Origin: Eledone cirrhosa
Taxonomy: Eukaryota
Assembly (NCBI GenBank): GCA_964016885.1
Contig: OZ024740.1
Location: forward strand, 376,216,001 to 376,280,000
DNA: 64,000 bases
Reading direction: 5' to 3'
Shown here: one piece after another, positions 1 through 12,575 of the stretch
How the letters are laid out: the number at the start of each line of letters is the position of its first letter
How positions within the stretch are numbered: the stretch's first letter is position 1
Made by a program: the position numbers and the translations under genes
Notes under the pieces: generated by a model
What the model was told of the DNA's origin: nothing
Databases searched by the model: none
The model's input: only the letters and a program-made list of their open reading frames with translations

Positions 1-5
1 CCTAC

Positions 6-1252
6 TCATCTCTTTTGTGAATTGGAGAAATGGTGTAGGTTATTCAGGAGGATATTGAACTCATCCAGAGTATCTAGAGATTCTGTCCAGATGATGAAAC
101 AGTCGTCAAGGTATCTCTTCCAAGATTTTTCAATGTACTTTCTAAAGTCAGTACTATATTTTTCCTCTATTTCTTGGTATAGTTGTTGTTCTAAGTATCC
201 CATTACAGAGTTCGCGTAAACGGGAGCAAACTTCGTTCCCATCGCTGTGCCTCTAATTTGGATGTAATTCTTTACATTGAAGAAGAAAGTGTTGTTTTCC
301 AGAATAGGTTTAACTGCGTCTAATATAAATGGCGCTGTGAATCTGATGGGAATCACTTCTCTATGTTTTCCACCCAGTATTTAACCGTCTTTATTCCTAA
401 ATCATGTGTAATGTTGGTGTAAAGTCTTACCACATCAAAACTGAGTAGAAGTGAATTCGATTCCGTGGTTTTGGGAAGATGGGACAGGAAGTCGATATCA
501 TCCCGGATGAAATTGGGTATGTGAATACATAGTGGTTTCAAAATAATGTCAACAAAATTGCTTAGACGGTGGATGGGGCATGTTGGACAAGCTATAATAG
601 GTCTAAGTTTTAAGTCTTTTGGGTGTAGTAATTTAATGTACTCACTGTTTTGTTCTCTTACTGCCAGTTGTATTTCTTTTGACTTATGAACTTTCGGTAG
701 GCCATACAGGTTGCTGGGTTTTGGCTCAAAATTGGTGATGTAGTCTCTTTCCTTATCAGTAAGTGAGTTGTGGTATTTTGAAGCCAGATTGTTGATCTTC
801 TTCATGATGTTGTGGTCTATATTTGACGGTATTTCATGATAGAATGTTGTGTCTTTCAGTTGTTCCTCAAACAAATCCTTGTAGTATTCAGCATCCATTA
901 TAACAACTGCACCCCTTTTATCTGCTTGTTTAATTATTATTGTTTTATCATTTTGTATCCGTTTAAGTGCAGACATTTCTGATTTGTTAATGTTTGGCCT
1001 AACATTAGTATTACGTCTAAGAGGAAATTTAGACAGGATGCCAATGTATTGATCGAGATAGATATGTCTTCCTTTTGGCGGAGTGAAATTTGATTTATTC
1101 TTTACTAGTGATTCATCACTCTCATTACTTTTATCAGCGAAGAATTCTACAAGACGTAATTTTCGACAGAATTCTTGGGTATCCTCCTTCAGTTCTTGGT
1201 GGTTGACTGTTGGAGTCGGTGTGAATTTCAGTCCTTTTGACAGAATTTGCAT
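6..1252 (-). pseudogene. Penelope-like element reverse transcriptase (Neptune/Poseidon-like), frameshifted near 353
   Basis: ORFs 353-1252 and 6-356 contain LSKGLKFTPTP, IIIKQADKRGAVVIMD, LYGLPKVHK, LRPII, SFDVVRLYTNI, GTAMGTKFAPVYAN and RYLDDCF, which are PLE RT motifs. Confidence 0.9.
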
Positions 1253-1999
1253 TTCATCATTGTCAATATCTCTTTTGGATAAATTAATTATTTTAGGATC
1301 TACGTGTACAGTTGTTTTGGGTATGTTTCCTCCTGGAGTTTTTCTTTTTCCGGTTTTTGTCCTGACGTTAAAAAATGGATTTTTCTCTGTTCAGGATTTA
1401 TATTCCTGTTGGTGTTCGCGTGATGAACTTTTGGTCGTGATATTATATTTGGTTTCGTTATGTATTTAGTCCTATTTTTGGTATTATGTATATTATTTTT
1501 CCATTTCTTGTTAGCATTATTTTCCACAATCTGGGGAAATGTCCTAGGTTTGCTTTCAGGTTTAGATCGTTTTTTCGCCCATTTTCTTGTGGGTAATCTC
1601 TGTTGAGATCTTGAGAGTGATCTGGTTATTCTACGTTTTGTTTCCACGTTCCTTGTGGGTAGTATCTTGAGAATGATCTACTGGTTTTACTACTTCTTAT
1701 GGTCTGGTCATAGGAATATCTATCGTGTTTGTGCTTTTTGTTCATGTTGTCTGCAATAGGGTGTTTTTGTAGAAAAAGCGAAGAGTTATTACCGTAGTTC
1801 TTCTTTGATTCAAGGTAAGGTGAGTGTTTGTGTTGCCACGTGTTCTGGCGTATGTTGTGTTGGTGAGAATGTCCACTTTTAATGCTTTTTATAATATTCC
1901 CATTCTACAAATTACACAGCCCAAGTGAAATCAAGAGAACAATCAAAGAAAAGAATGTTATTGATAAATTCAAACCCAAGCTAAATGAACAATAATAAT

Positions 2000-2185
2000 T
2001 GTTTCTACTTTTGGCACCAGGCCAGCAATTATCCCAGTGCATTACTGGTACTTTATTTTATCGACCCCGTAAGGATGAAAGGCAAAGTTAACCTCGGCTG
2101 GATTTGAACTCAGTTCGTAAAGGGACGTAACTCTATGCTTCAAAGCATGGTGTCCGACCCTCCACCGATACTGCCAATCCGCCCT
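2000..2185 (-). mobile_element. tRNA-derived SINE with a 19-bp target-site duplication
   Basis: Minus strand has A-box TGGCAGTATCGG, B-box GAGTTCAAATCC and core TTTGCCTTTCATCCTTACGGGGTCGATAAAATAAAGTACCAG (Meta/Nin-like). It is flanked by the direct repeat CTAAATGAACAATAATAAT at 1981-1999 and 2186-2204. Confidence 0.88.
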
Positions 2186-2425
2186 CTAAATGAACAATAA
2201 TAATGCTTAGGGGTATTACTTCTACTATGACTATGACTACGACCATGTCAACTACGACCTCTAACAACAACAACAACAATAATAATAATAATGAAAGTGA
2301 TGTTGATGGTGGTGATTACTAGAAAATGCTATTTTCATCATTTCTAAAAATAGCAAAACAATTGATGCTTTTTATAGGATCAATTAGTGGTCGATAGACA
2401 TGCTCAACCAACCGTGACACCTAAA

Positions 2426-2548
2426 CCAATCAGCTTTAGCAATTCAGTGAAACTACACACCGATTGGTCGAAATGCAGTTTGCAAGATTTAGCATTCTGG
2501 AGCCACTTTTCACTGTATATAAGGTACAAAATTTACCCATCTCATTAC
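2426..2548 (+). promoter_or_regulatory. Putative pLTR Pol II promoter (CCAAT boxes, TATA, Inr)
   Basis: CCAAT at 2426, ATTGG at 2463, TATATAA at 2516-2522 and TCATTA about 28 nt downstream; the hammerhead follows about 40 nt later. Confidence 0.45.
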
Positions 2549-2585
2549 AGTTGAAAATTGCAAACTTGACTGTCACCACACATTA

Positions 2586-2624
2586 TGAACCTGAAGATTG
2601 CGAAAGCATGAAAGTACTTGTTCA
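2586..2624 (+). ncRNA. Minimal type I hammerhead ribozyme
   Basis: TGAAC-CTGAAGA-T-TGC GAAA GCA-T-GAAA-GTAC-TT-GTTCA: 5-bp stem I, GNRA-capped stem II, palindromic stem III (AGTACT); the cleavage triplet CUU is suboptimal. Confidence 0.8.
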
Positions 2625-2867
2625 ATTAACACTTAACATTTAATATTATATCATACTATTTCATTATAATACCATTAAAAATATTAAAGGATTGTAAATA
2701 AAACGAGTAAATCAGACAAAGTTGGAATTCCTCTTATTAATATAATCTTCTACACACAATCATACACACCCGTGTATATTTATCTATCCATCTATATTTA
2801 TATATATATGTATATATATATAGATATATAAGTTATAATAATCAAAGTTCTGTTCAAATCATTTATA

Positions 2868-2914
2868 TGCTTACAATTGTTTCCTCCAAACCGAGGTTTG
2901 GTTTCTTCGGAGCA
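2868..2914 (-). ncRNA. Hammerhead-like motif, CCGAAGA core variant (copy 1)
   Basis: Reverse complement of the motif at 3459-3505. Confidence 0.6.
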
Positions 2915-3458
2915 ATTTATTAATTAATGATCACATATATGACCTTTTCAACCCAAGAGACATACAGATACATATGTATATATTGTTGCTTGGTGGGTCG
3001 ACATCGATTATAACATTTAGCGTGGCAGTATACATTTAAAGATTACATTCATATCAAAAGAGGATAAAATTAAAATTAATGTTAAAATACAACATGAAAT
3101 TAATGTGATAGGATAGTCAGAAGCAGTAAGTGTGTGCAATAGTTATACGTGTGGCAAGCACGTGTGTCTTATTTATAAATATTATAGTGCGGCAGGGTGT
3201 TACAAGTAAAACAAGCACTATAAGCGGGTAAACAAGATTATTTAGGGGGTTGTACTGGTAGTGTATCATTTATATGAATGTTATAGAAGCTTGTGTGTAG
3301 AGAAATATTATAAATATTTATATTTCTCTACTAAATGTATACTGCCACGCTAAATGTTATAATGGTTATCGACCCACCAAGCAACAATATATACATATGT
3401 ATCTGTATGTCTCTTTGGTTGAAAAGGGGGTCATATATGTGATCATTCATTAATAAAT

Positions 3459-3505
3459 TGCTCCGAAGAAACCAAACCTCGGTTTGGAGGAAACAATTGT
3501 AAGCA
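3459..3505 (+). ncRNA. Hammerhead-like motif, CCGAAGA core variant (copy 2)
   Basis: TGCT-CCGAAGA-AA-CCAAACC TC GGTTTGG-AG-GAAA-CAATTG-TA-AGCA; palindromic stem III, GUA triplet, U4 replaced by C. Confidence 0.6.
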
Positions 3506-3799
3506 TATAAATGATTTGAACACAACTTTGATTATTATAACTTATATATAACTGCTCTGTAAAACAACTGATGTTATTACATTGAGCTATTTATCTTATT
3601 GGTAATAAGGTAGTAATATATTACTGGCTATCACTATTTAGGGTTTGTAAAAATATATATGACTACAAAAGGTTTTTGTATATGCATAACCATAAATAGT
3701 ACCCTTAATACTATATATAGATACGAATCTTACTAACACTAACTTCCTTGATAAACAATCTTGGTCTACTTACCGTCTCTTGATCTACTTACCCTTATG

Positions 3800-3839
<40 letters not shown>

Positions 3840-4073
3840 GTATATATCTGAGGCCATATTCAGTTGTTCCGGTATATTTATAATTTGTTATATATATTTC
3901 TATAATACTTCGGCTTCATTTCATCTACTTCACAACCGACAGACCATACTGTGTCCCACACATCAATGTTCAATTAACGTCATACTATAACTATATATCT
4001 ATATATTATTTCTTTAAATCTATTGCAGTTTACACGCAAATGCTATAAAATTAACCGCCCACACACACGGACA

Positions 4074-5189
<1,116 letters not shown>

Positions 5190-5372
5190 TCAATACATAA
5201 ACAGAAAAAGCCTTAAGCGATACTCCGACCAACTCCATCTCACTCACCAAACATTAGGATACACTTAAGTATTATCCCAATTTAGTGTTTGGGGTGCTAA
5301 CTAATCAGTATTTCGTGGATTGTTGGTTGTATTATTTTATATGAGACATTATGAAATAAATATCTATTTCCT

Positions 5373-5496
5373 TCCAGACGGCCGTTTCGTTATAAGATTT
5401 CTACAATTTGGGATAAATAATTTCCAGGTTATGTAGAAACTTGTATATAACTCGTAGTATTATACACAAGCGGGATCTTAAAAACTCATCAGTGGA
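5373..5496 (-). ncRNA. Type I hammerhead ribozyme with branched stem II
   Basis: TCCA-CTGATGA-GTTTTTAAGA..two hairpins..TCTTATAAC-GAAA-CGGCCG-TC-TGGA; GUC triplet. Confidence 0.85.
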
Positions 5497-6130
5497 TGCC
5501 CAAATTAATATCGATATAAGGATTATATTCACATTAATAGAATGGTAATGGTCTCCCTCAGCGCTAAGAAGAGACTGGTAGATTAGAATCCAGCAGTTCT
5601 CTCAAAGAAAAATTACACGCTGTCCCCAAAAGGGTAAAGGGAGTAATCTTAAAATAAAACAATATACACGCTGGACAATTAAACCTCTTAGGTATTAACC
5701 ACGTGTATATGACCTCAATTGGAAATTTAAAAGAATAATCATATGTATATATAACCAATGACACACAGAGATATTAAAACATAATAAATATATGTATGGA
5801 TCACCCACACATACACATAGTTATTCTCTAAGGCTACATCAGACATGGGTAATAAGGAAGATCAATCAGTATTTCATATAAAAAAGAATAATAAAGAGAG
5901 TCATACCTTATATCTGGAATACATATCATGCTCCCAAGAGTATATATTCAATACATAAACAAAGAAAGCCTTAAGCGATACTCCGACCAACTCCATCTCA
6001 CTCACCAAACATTAGGATATACTTAAGTATTATCCTAATTTAGTGTTTGGGGTGCTAACTAATCAGTATTTCCTGGAGAGTTGGTTGTATTATTTTATAT
6101 GAGACATTATTAAATAAATATCTCTTTATT

Positions 6131-6254
6131 TCCAGGCGGCCGTTTCGTTATAAGATTTCTACAATTTGGGATAAATAATTTCCAGGTTATGTAGAAACTT
6201 GTATATAACCCGTAGTATTATACACAAGCTGGCTCTTAAAAACTCATCAGTGGA
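6131..6254 (-). ncRNA. Second copy of the branched hammerhead, GUC changed to GCC (probably inactive)
   Basis: Same motif as 5373-5496 with U16.1 replaced by C. Confidence 0.75.
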
Positions 6255-6589
6255 TGCCCAAATTAATATCGATATAAGAATTATATTCACATTAATAGAA
6301 TGGTAATGGTCTCCCTCAGCGCTAAGAAGAGACTGGTAGATTAGAATCCAGCAGTTCTCCCAAAGAAAAATTACACGCTGTCCCCAAAAGGGTAAAGGGA
6401 GGTCATCTTAAAATGAAACAATATATACGCTGGTCAATTAAACCTGTTAGGTATTAACCACGTGTATAAGAACTCAATTGGAAATTTAAAAGAATAATCA
6501 TATGTATATATCTCTTTCCTTACAGACGGCCGTTTCGTTCTAAGATTTCTACAATTTGGGACAAATAATTTCCAGCTTATGTAGAAACT

Positions 6590-6657
<68 letters not shown>

Positions 6658-6741
6658 CATATATATATTAGAAAGTAAGGTTTTTTACAAAATGACAAAA
6701 ATAACGAGGTGTCTTACACGAGTGAAAGTATAAGGAACAAA

Positions 6742-6853
6742 CATGAAATCGAAAATGCAACTGGAGTCATTTTTTTTTAAATATATTTATTTTGTTCCCT
6801 TACCGATTTGGCAGTTCTTGAGCTTTTCAAAAGTAGAATTAAAATGGAGGGTT
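6742..6853 (-). repeat. Dispersed approximately 110-bp repeat with a degenerate U3-A8 hammerhead (6797-6833)
   Basis: Reverse-complement homology to 48312-48423. Confidence 0.7.
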
Positions 6854-7168
6854 TGTGGTTTTTCTCACATCTTTTTTATCATATATAGGTAGTGCATTAT
6901 AACCCTTCGCCCCCTCACCAGATATTCATTAGTAGCTTCAGTTGCCAACACTTTGAGGGCGACTGGCCGAAAAGCTAGTTTGTCACTCGTCCTCGCTGTC
7001 TCTATCTCTGATTTTTCGGACCCATGCTTTTTTACATATTCCTTTGTTATATTCCAATACCTGATGATATCACCGGATTCATATGGAACCTGGTCATTGA
7101 AATGATCATAGTATAATAAACCTTTCAAGGATTTACACCAGTCCAGCCTCCTGTTATTTTATTTCAAA

Positions 7169-7248
<80 letters not shown>

Positions 7249-7384
7249 CAATATATATAGTTATTCATTTGAAAAAAGTTGGCCCATCAAAAATTATTCT
7301 TAGGATTTACTCCGTAGTATAATTGTTTCTACTTTTACTACTTTTTTTAGAGACTGTTATATATATATATATATATATATATAA

Positions 7385-7449
7385 CAAGGGCGGTGCCCCA
7401 GTATGGCCTCAGCCGGATGGCTGAAACAGGTAAAAGAGTAAAAGAGTAT
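7385..7449 (+). mobile_element. 5'-truncated SINE tail
   Basis: GGCGGTGCCCCAGTATGGCC...GCTGAAACAGGTAAAAGAGTAAAAGAGTA has a short tandem 3' repeat and resembles octopus SINE tails from memory; a decayed relative lies at about 50600-50745. Confidence 0.5.
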
Positions 7450-7561
7450 ATATGTAGGAGGTGAGTAATATGTAGAACAATAAAACTATGCATATATCAG
7501 ATAAGTAGCACTCTACAGTTGGCAGAACTGGAGTATATATATATAATAACAATAATAATAA

Positions 7562-10500
7562 AAACGATGGTTTCTGTATTGGCCACAAAGGCTAACATGA
7601 AGAAACATGAACAAAAACATTACAGACTGCACAGAATGGTACAGAACGATACCAATTGGGTTTGGGCCGTGTAAAATGTTTATAACAAGAGCATCAAAAT
7701 GTGTAAAAACAAATTAAAAAAATTCAAAAAGAATTCAAAAAACCACACAAAAGACCATGGCCACCCTGACCACCAGGACAAGCGCCCTCTCTCAATTCTC
7801 CCACTCCTCGGTCTACAGTCTACGGGCCCGTTCACTCGGACCAGACTCGCCACTTTCACCCACTTTTCAACAAACTTACTTGAAGACAGCACTTGCCTCT
7901 CCACCCTCATTTTTCTTCTTCGAGTGAAATTTGAAAACGTTAATTAGGTATTCGCCGGAGAGGAAATTGTCCATCATCAATCCTTTCAACCTCGTCCACC
8001 AGCATATCTCTTTCGCCATGGCCACCAGTCAGATGAAAACTGCCTTCCCTTCCTCCTCCTGAAAGGAGGAAGGTGGGGCTATCTGCACAATGAACTCAGT
8101 CGATAACCTTATCCGTCCTACACACGACAACAACAGTTCGACATAGCCCCACAAGACTGCAATACTTGGGAACTGAACAAGTCCATGCAGAACGGATTCC
8201 TCGCCCTGCGCACAGGCTCGGCTGACAGCACTTTCTTGTCTGTAGATCTTATCTCGGACCGGCAACGCTCCTCGATAGCACTGCTAGGACAGGTATTTCT
8301 GGAAGTTGTCCATCAGCCCCGGGCTGAAAGTTCTCTCGAGGAGAGCGAACAGCTAATCGTCTTCGACGCCCAGGGTCTCCCCGAACGCCGAGGTGGATAT
8401 TCCACCTATACTAATGCCCAACTGGTAGCGGTCGGTGAGCGCTTGGAGACATTCCAAGCGCTATCTCTGTCTTTTCCTCATCCAGGAGTGCAACTCTGTC
8501 AAGGAGACGAGCTGGGGAAAAGCGTGTCTGGCAAACGGCGACCACACCTTTTCACCGTCAAGGAAGCACCAGAATGTCGCAGTCCCAGCGGGTATTTGCG
8601 TATCAAGAGCCATCGTATGCCCAGTCCTTCACGCAATGGTTGTTGACGGCAGAGGCTCTACAATATGGTCAGAGTTGGGCGGGGGCAAGGTACGACGGTC
8701 AGGGGGTAGCAGATGACGGATGCGATGTACGCATTCGCCACCTCCACACGACCTTTCACTGACAGCTTCCTTTCGGCCCATTTCTGGGTGAGAGAGAACA
8801 CCTCGCTCGAACCAGATCCGAGCAATTTAATCGGTCTTTCCGTCCAGCACCCCCACAACGCTGCCGGACGCCATGGACATGCCTCCCCAGGTGCCGAGAT
8901 GCAATCCCACTGAATTTGATGGTGTATCTTTGCTCCTGTCACCGCTTCGCATTCCTTGAGAGCGATGCGCAGCATCTGTACGTGTCTGATGCACGACACC
9001 ACTGCAGTGACGTCGTCAGCGTAGGTCGATACGGACCTCCCACGTCCCAGTTCGCGTGGGACGCCCCTCATCGATTCCAATTTGTGCAGTAAGGGCTCGA
9101 GTGCCAATACGTACAACGCAGACCGGCTGCGACAGATTGACCGTTCACCCCCACAACCGAGCAAAAGTCGTTGTGCATCGCAGCGATCCAACTCTGCAAA
9201 GGAGCTCGAAGCCGGCCGCTTCGAGGACTGCTGCGAGGTACCGACGATTGACCCTATCAAATGTATTAGATTGATCCAAGTTGATCAGGGACCCACCCGT
9301 GCCAGGTCCTTAACTACCCTCCCTAGGATGTATCGCATGAGCTGGAGGTTGTCGTGGATGGATCACCTCCACCAGATCACCCATGACAAGCAGCAATCAG
9401 GTTGCTAACAGCTTGACCAAAATATTGGACTCTGCGTTTAACAGATTTAGGGTCTGAAGTTGTCTATAACGTCCCATTTGTTCGGGTCCTTTCACAGCAG
9501 CGCCACCGCTCCCCGGCTCACACAACTGGGAATGCTCCCGTTCTGCTGCCAGTTGCAGTAGACGTCTGTCAAGAGGTTGCTGAACAAGTCTGGCATTTAC
9601 GCATAAAGCTCGTAGGGCAGACCATCCAAACCTGGCGATTTAGCCCTCGTGCAGTCAGACATCGCTTCCCGTAGTTTACCTGCTGTTAATGGCTTTCGTA
9701 GCACTGCGCTGCAGTAGTCGAGACCCGCGGCAGTCCGGCGAGGTATGCACCGAAGTCCATAGTCCGGTCCGGCCCGCCGCTGCTCCCAAACAATTGAGCA
9801 ATGTTCTGTTGAAAAGCCTCACACATATGCTCAGTTTTGAGTAACATGCGCCCGTTTTGGTCAGGCAAAGACTGAATTGTGGCTTTGTTGCCACGTCGTG
9901 CTTCCACGACCCGGGCCCATTGGACGGCAATTGTTCCCACGTGTTTTAGAGCATGTGCTCTAGCTCTGACAACGCAGCCTTCGTGCTTTGAGTTGAAGAA
10001 CTGGTCGAGTGCCAATCTCGTCGCAGCACCTCGGTTGCGATGCCTGTTCTAAACGCCTCTTCTAGCTTTCTAACTAGCTCTCCCTCTACTCTATTTTCCC
10101 CTAAGGCTACTCCTTTGCTAAGCCTTATCGATTCTACTCTAATTGCCCTTTTCAGGGTAAACCACAACCTGCTGTTGACGATCTCACCCGTCAACGCATA
10201 CTTAACTAATTCACTTATCCGGTCTCTGTATGCTTTGCGCGCCGGGAACCACACGTTCACCTTCCAGTAACCGGCTCCTTGCCTAAAAAATCTATCTAAG
10301 TCGACTTCACAGATCACAAATTTGTGGTCCGTGTAGACGACTATTTTAAATTGGGGACAACCTACTGGGGACATCCTTATCTGTTTCCCTCCAGAATACC
10401 CTATCTAGATGTCATCTGGATGACCCGAAGCGGTTTGCCCATGCCCACAATGGCACATACGGTTAATCCAGTCGGTACCTGTCAGACAGTTGAACACGTC

Positions 10501-12563
10501 TGAGCAGATTGGTGAGGCTTTTAAATCCTCCTCCCTTATTTTCTAGCCCCACATAATCCCAGTGTGCATCTATAATACCGTTCCAATCGCCCACTAATAC
10601 TAAAGAGCGGGACGTTCCTAGAAACGTCTCTAAACGTCTGAAGAAAATCTGGCAGTCCTGCCCCTGTTGGAGCGTAGACAGCTACTAGCCTAAAAGCATT
10701 GCCTTCGCTGCCGGTCAAGTCCAGCACGACCGACTTACCTACTGGGTCTAGGAAGATGGCCCGTATGGCGAGATCCAAGCCTCTCCACAAAATCAAAACA
10801 TCTTCAACACCCCCTCACCGTACCGCCGCTCACGGACGACTGGGAGCTCATAGCTGCCGAAAATCGGTGTGAAGGCTCATGCTTCGGATTTCTGGTCTTA
10901 CTGATGGCCTCCTCATCTATGTTTAGTGACATGAGGTCGGTAAGAAGGGGGCCCTGCTTCCATGATGACCACAGGTCATGTATATTTACACTGGCTATTC
11001 TAAGTAAGGCCATGTTGGGTGAGGAACGGGTAAGTGAGAAAGGATCATTTACCTTTATAGTGTGAAAACGGACAGACGAACCGTCCCTTCGGCTGGTCAT
11101 GGGTGTCTCCAAGATAATGTCCATGTATATTATTTTGGTAAGCTACCCCGTGATTTCTATTTTAAATGTTTATAATTTTCCAGTTTAATCTTGACAATGT
11201 TTATATTTTTTGGTAATGTTCTTGGTGTTGATGGTGTATAGTAACTGTTGTCTCTAATGCCTGTGTGCGGCTTTATACGTTCCATGAATTCTTTATTTGC
11301 AATGTTTATGCCTGTGTAACGTTTTTTGGTTGGGTTTGGTATTGTTGCTGTGTTCTTGTTGCTGCTGTTGGGTATGTGTGCCTTTTGTTTGCGATGATGG
11401 TGTTTGTGGTGATGCTGATGGTGGCGTGGTTGTTGTTGGTTGTGATGATTGTGGTGATGGTGGTGGTGTTTCAGCAAGTTGGTTTTCAGCCTTTACCCCT
11501 CTTTTTTTGCTCTCGGTTTCGGAGGGCGAAGTCAAGGAATTTTTCCTTTTCTTTTTATGGCAGACCTTTTGCCACTCCACTGCCGCCTCACAGGCCATGT
11601 CAGATTCCGTGGGGTCTGGGAGGAGTATGAGCTCCATGGCTGTTGGTGGTGGTAGTGGAGCCGGATCCCGCGACTTTGCCACCCGTGTAGCTACTGCGAA
11701 TGTTGGTGTTTCCGCCAATGCTGCGGTCCCTGTTTTAGTTGTCCGTGGCGTGGTATGGGTGTCATGGACGTTTCCCTCCCAGTCACCGCATAAGGGTCTG
11801 ATGCCTTTGTTGTCTGTCTTGTTCCTAGTAGCAACAGACCAGGCGTCGGAAAGAGGGTGGGCCTTCTTCTTTGTTGTCTTCTTCCAATACCTGACCAGTT
11901 CTCCCTACCTACTCTGCAGTAGCAGCTTGGTCATCCTGCCCTCGACTCCGGCGATGACAGACGTGGCCAGCCAATTTATGGGCATGTCGGGCGGGACCTG
12001 GCTTAATTTGACCCTCACAATCTGCTGCGCGCAGTAGAAGGGCACTAACACTATCTCCTCACTCTTTAGGGTTACCAAAGAGTCAGTCTTCGCTTCTTGA
12101 AGTCTGGCAAAAAGTATGTCTACTGTGGCATAATTTTTGCCTTGGGGGATGAGGGTTTTGCGTGCACACACGCACCTTAAAACCTTTTGAATTTGCGCCT
12201 CCGTGTCTCTTTCCATCCGATGAGCTTTTTTGCTTATTGTGCGGTAATTAACCGTCCGCAGCCGTTCATCTTTGAAAAAACCATGGTGGAGGTTTCAGGT
12301 CGACTCTATTTTCTTTCCAAGTCACCACGTCTCTTGCGACTGCCATCTCCTCCTCCGTGACTACCACTGTCTTTATATTCCGGATCACCTCCGCAAAAGA
12401 AAAGGTCTTTTTCCGTGGCACCATTTTTGCTGCCGCTACTGCTACTACTGGTCTTGTTGTTGGTGCTGGGATCTTTGTTACTGTTATTGATGTTATTGTT
12501 TTCGTTAATACTGTTGCTACTGCTATTGTTGTTGTGGCTGTTGTTATTATTGTCATTGTTTCC
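7562..12563 (-). mobile_element. Tx1/L1-clade LINE copy 1, decayed and 5'-truncated in ORF1
   Basis: APE motifs (RIASVNIHDL, LVAVYAP, TDHK), RT YADD, C-terminal zinc-finger remnant; ORF2 ATG at 11013; AAT-like tracts at 7543-7561 and 12564-12575. Confidence 0.9.
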
Positions 12564-12575
12564 AATAACAATGAT

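Larger units (their letters stand above)
1869..2740 (+). mobile_element. Inverted PLE 3' end (GIY-YIG C-terminal tail plus pseudo-LTR), interrupted by a SINE
   Basis: 1896-1995 reads IFPFYKLHSPSEIKRTIKEKNVIDKFKPKLNEQ*, a typical PLE endonuclease end. It is followed by promoter motifs and a hammerhead, and lies head-to-head with the minus-strand RT. Confidence 0.7.
2826..3550. repeat. About 210-bp inverted repeat pair (2826-3038 / 3332-3550), each arm with a hammerhead-like motif
   Basis: The arms are near reverse complements, with a spacer of about 290 bp. Confidence 0.9.
5188..6596 (-). mobile_element. Tandem non-coding hammerhead repeat, period 758 bp (family H-CGGCCG)
   Basis: Units start at 5188 and 5946 (ATTCAATACATAAAC...), with a third partial copy at 6511-6596; flanked by (TA)n; no meaningful ORF. 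Confidence 0.85.

Noticed and set aside
6865-7128. 87-aa ORF upstream of the degenerate U3-A8 hammerhead
   Set aside because: No recognisable domain; probably part of the repeat.
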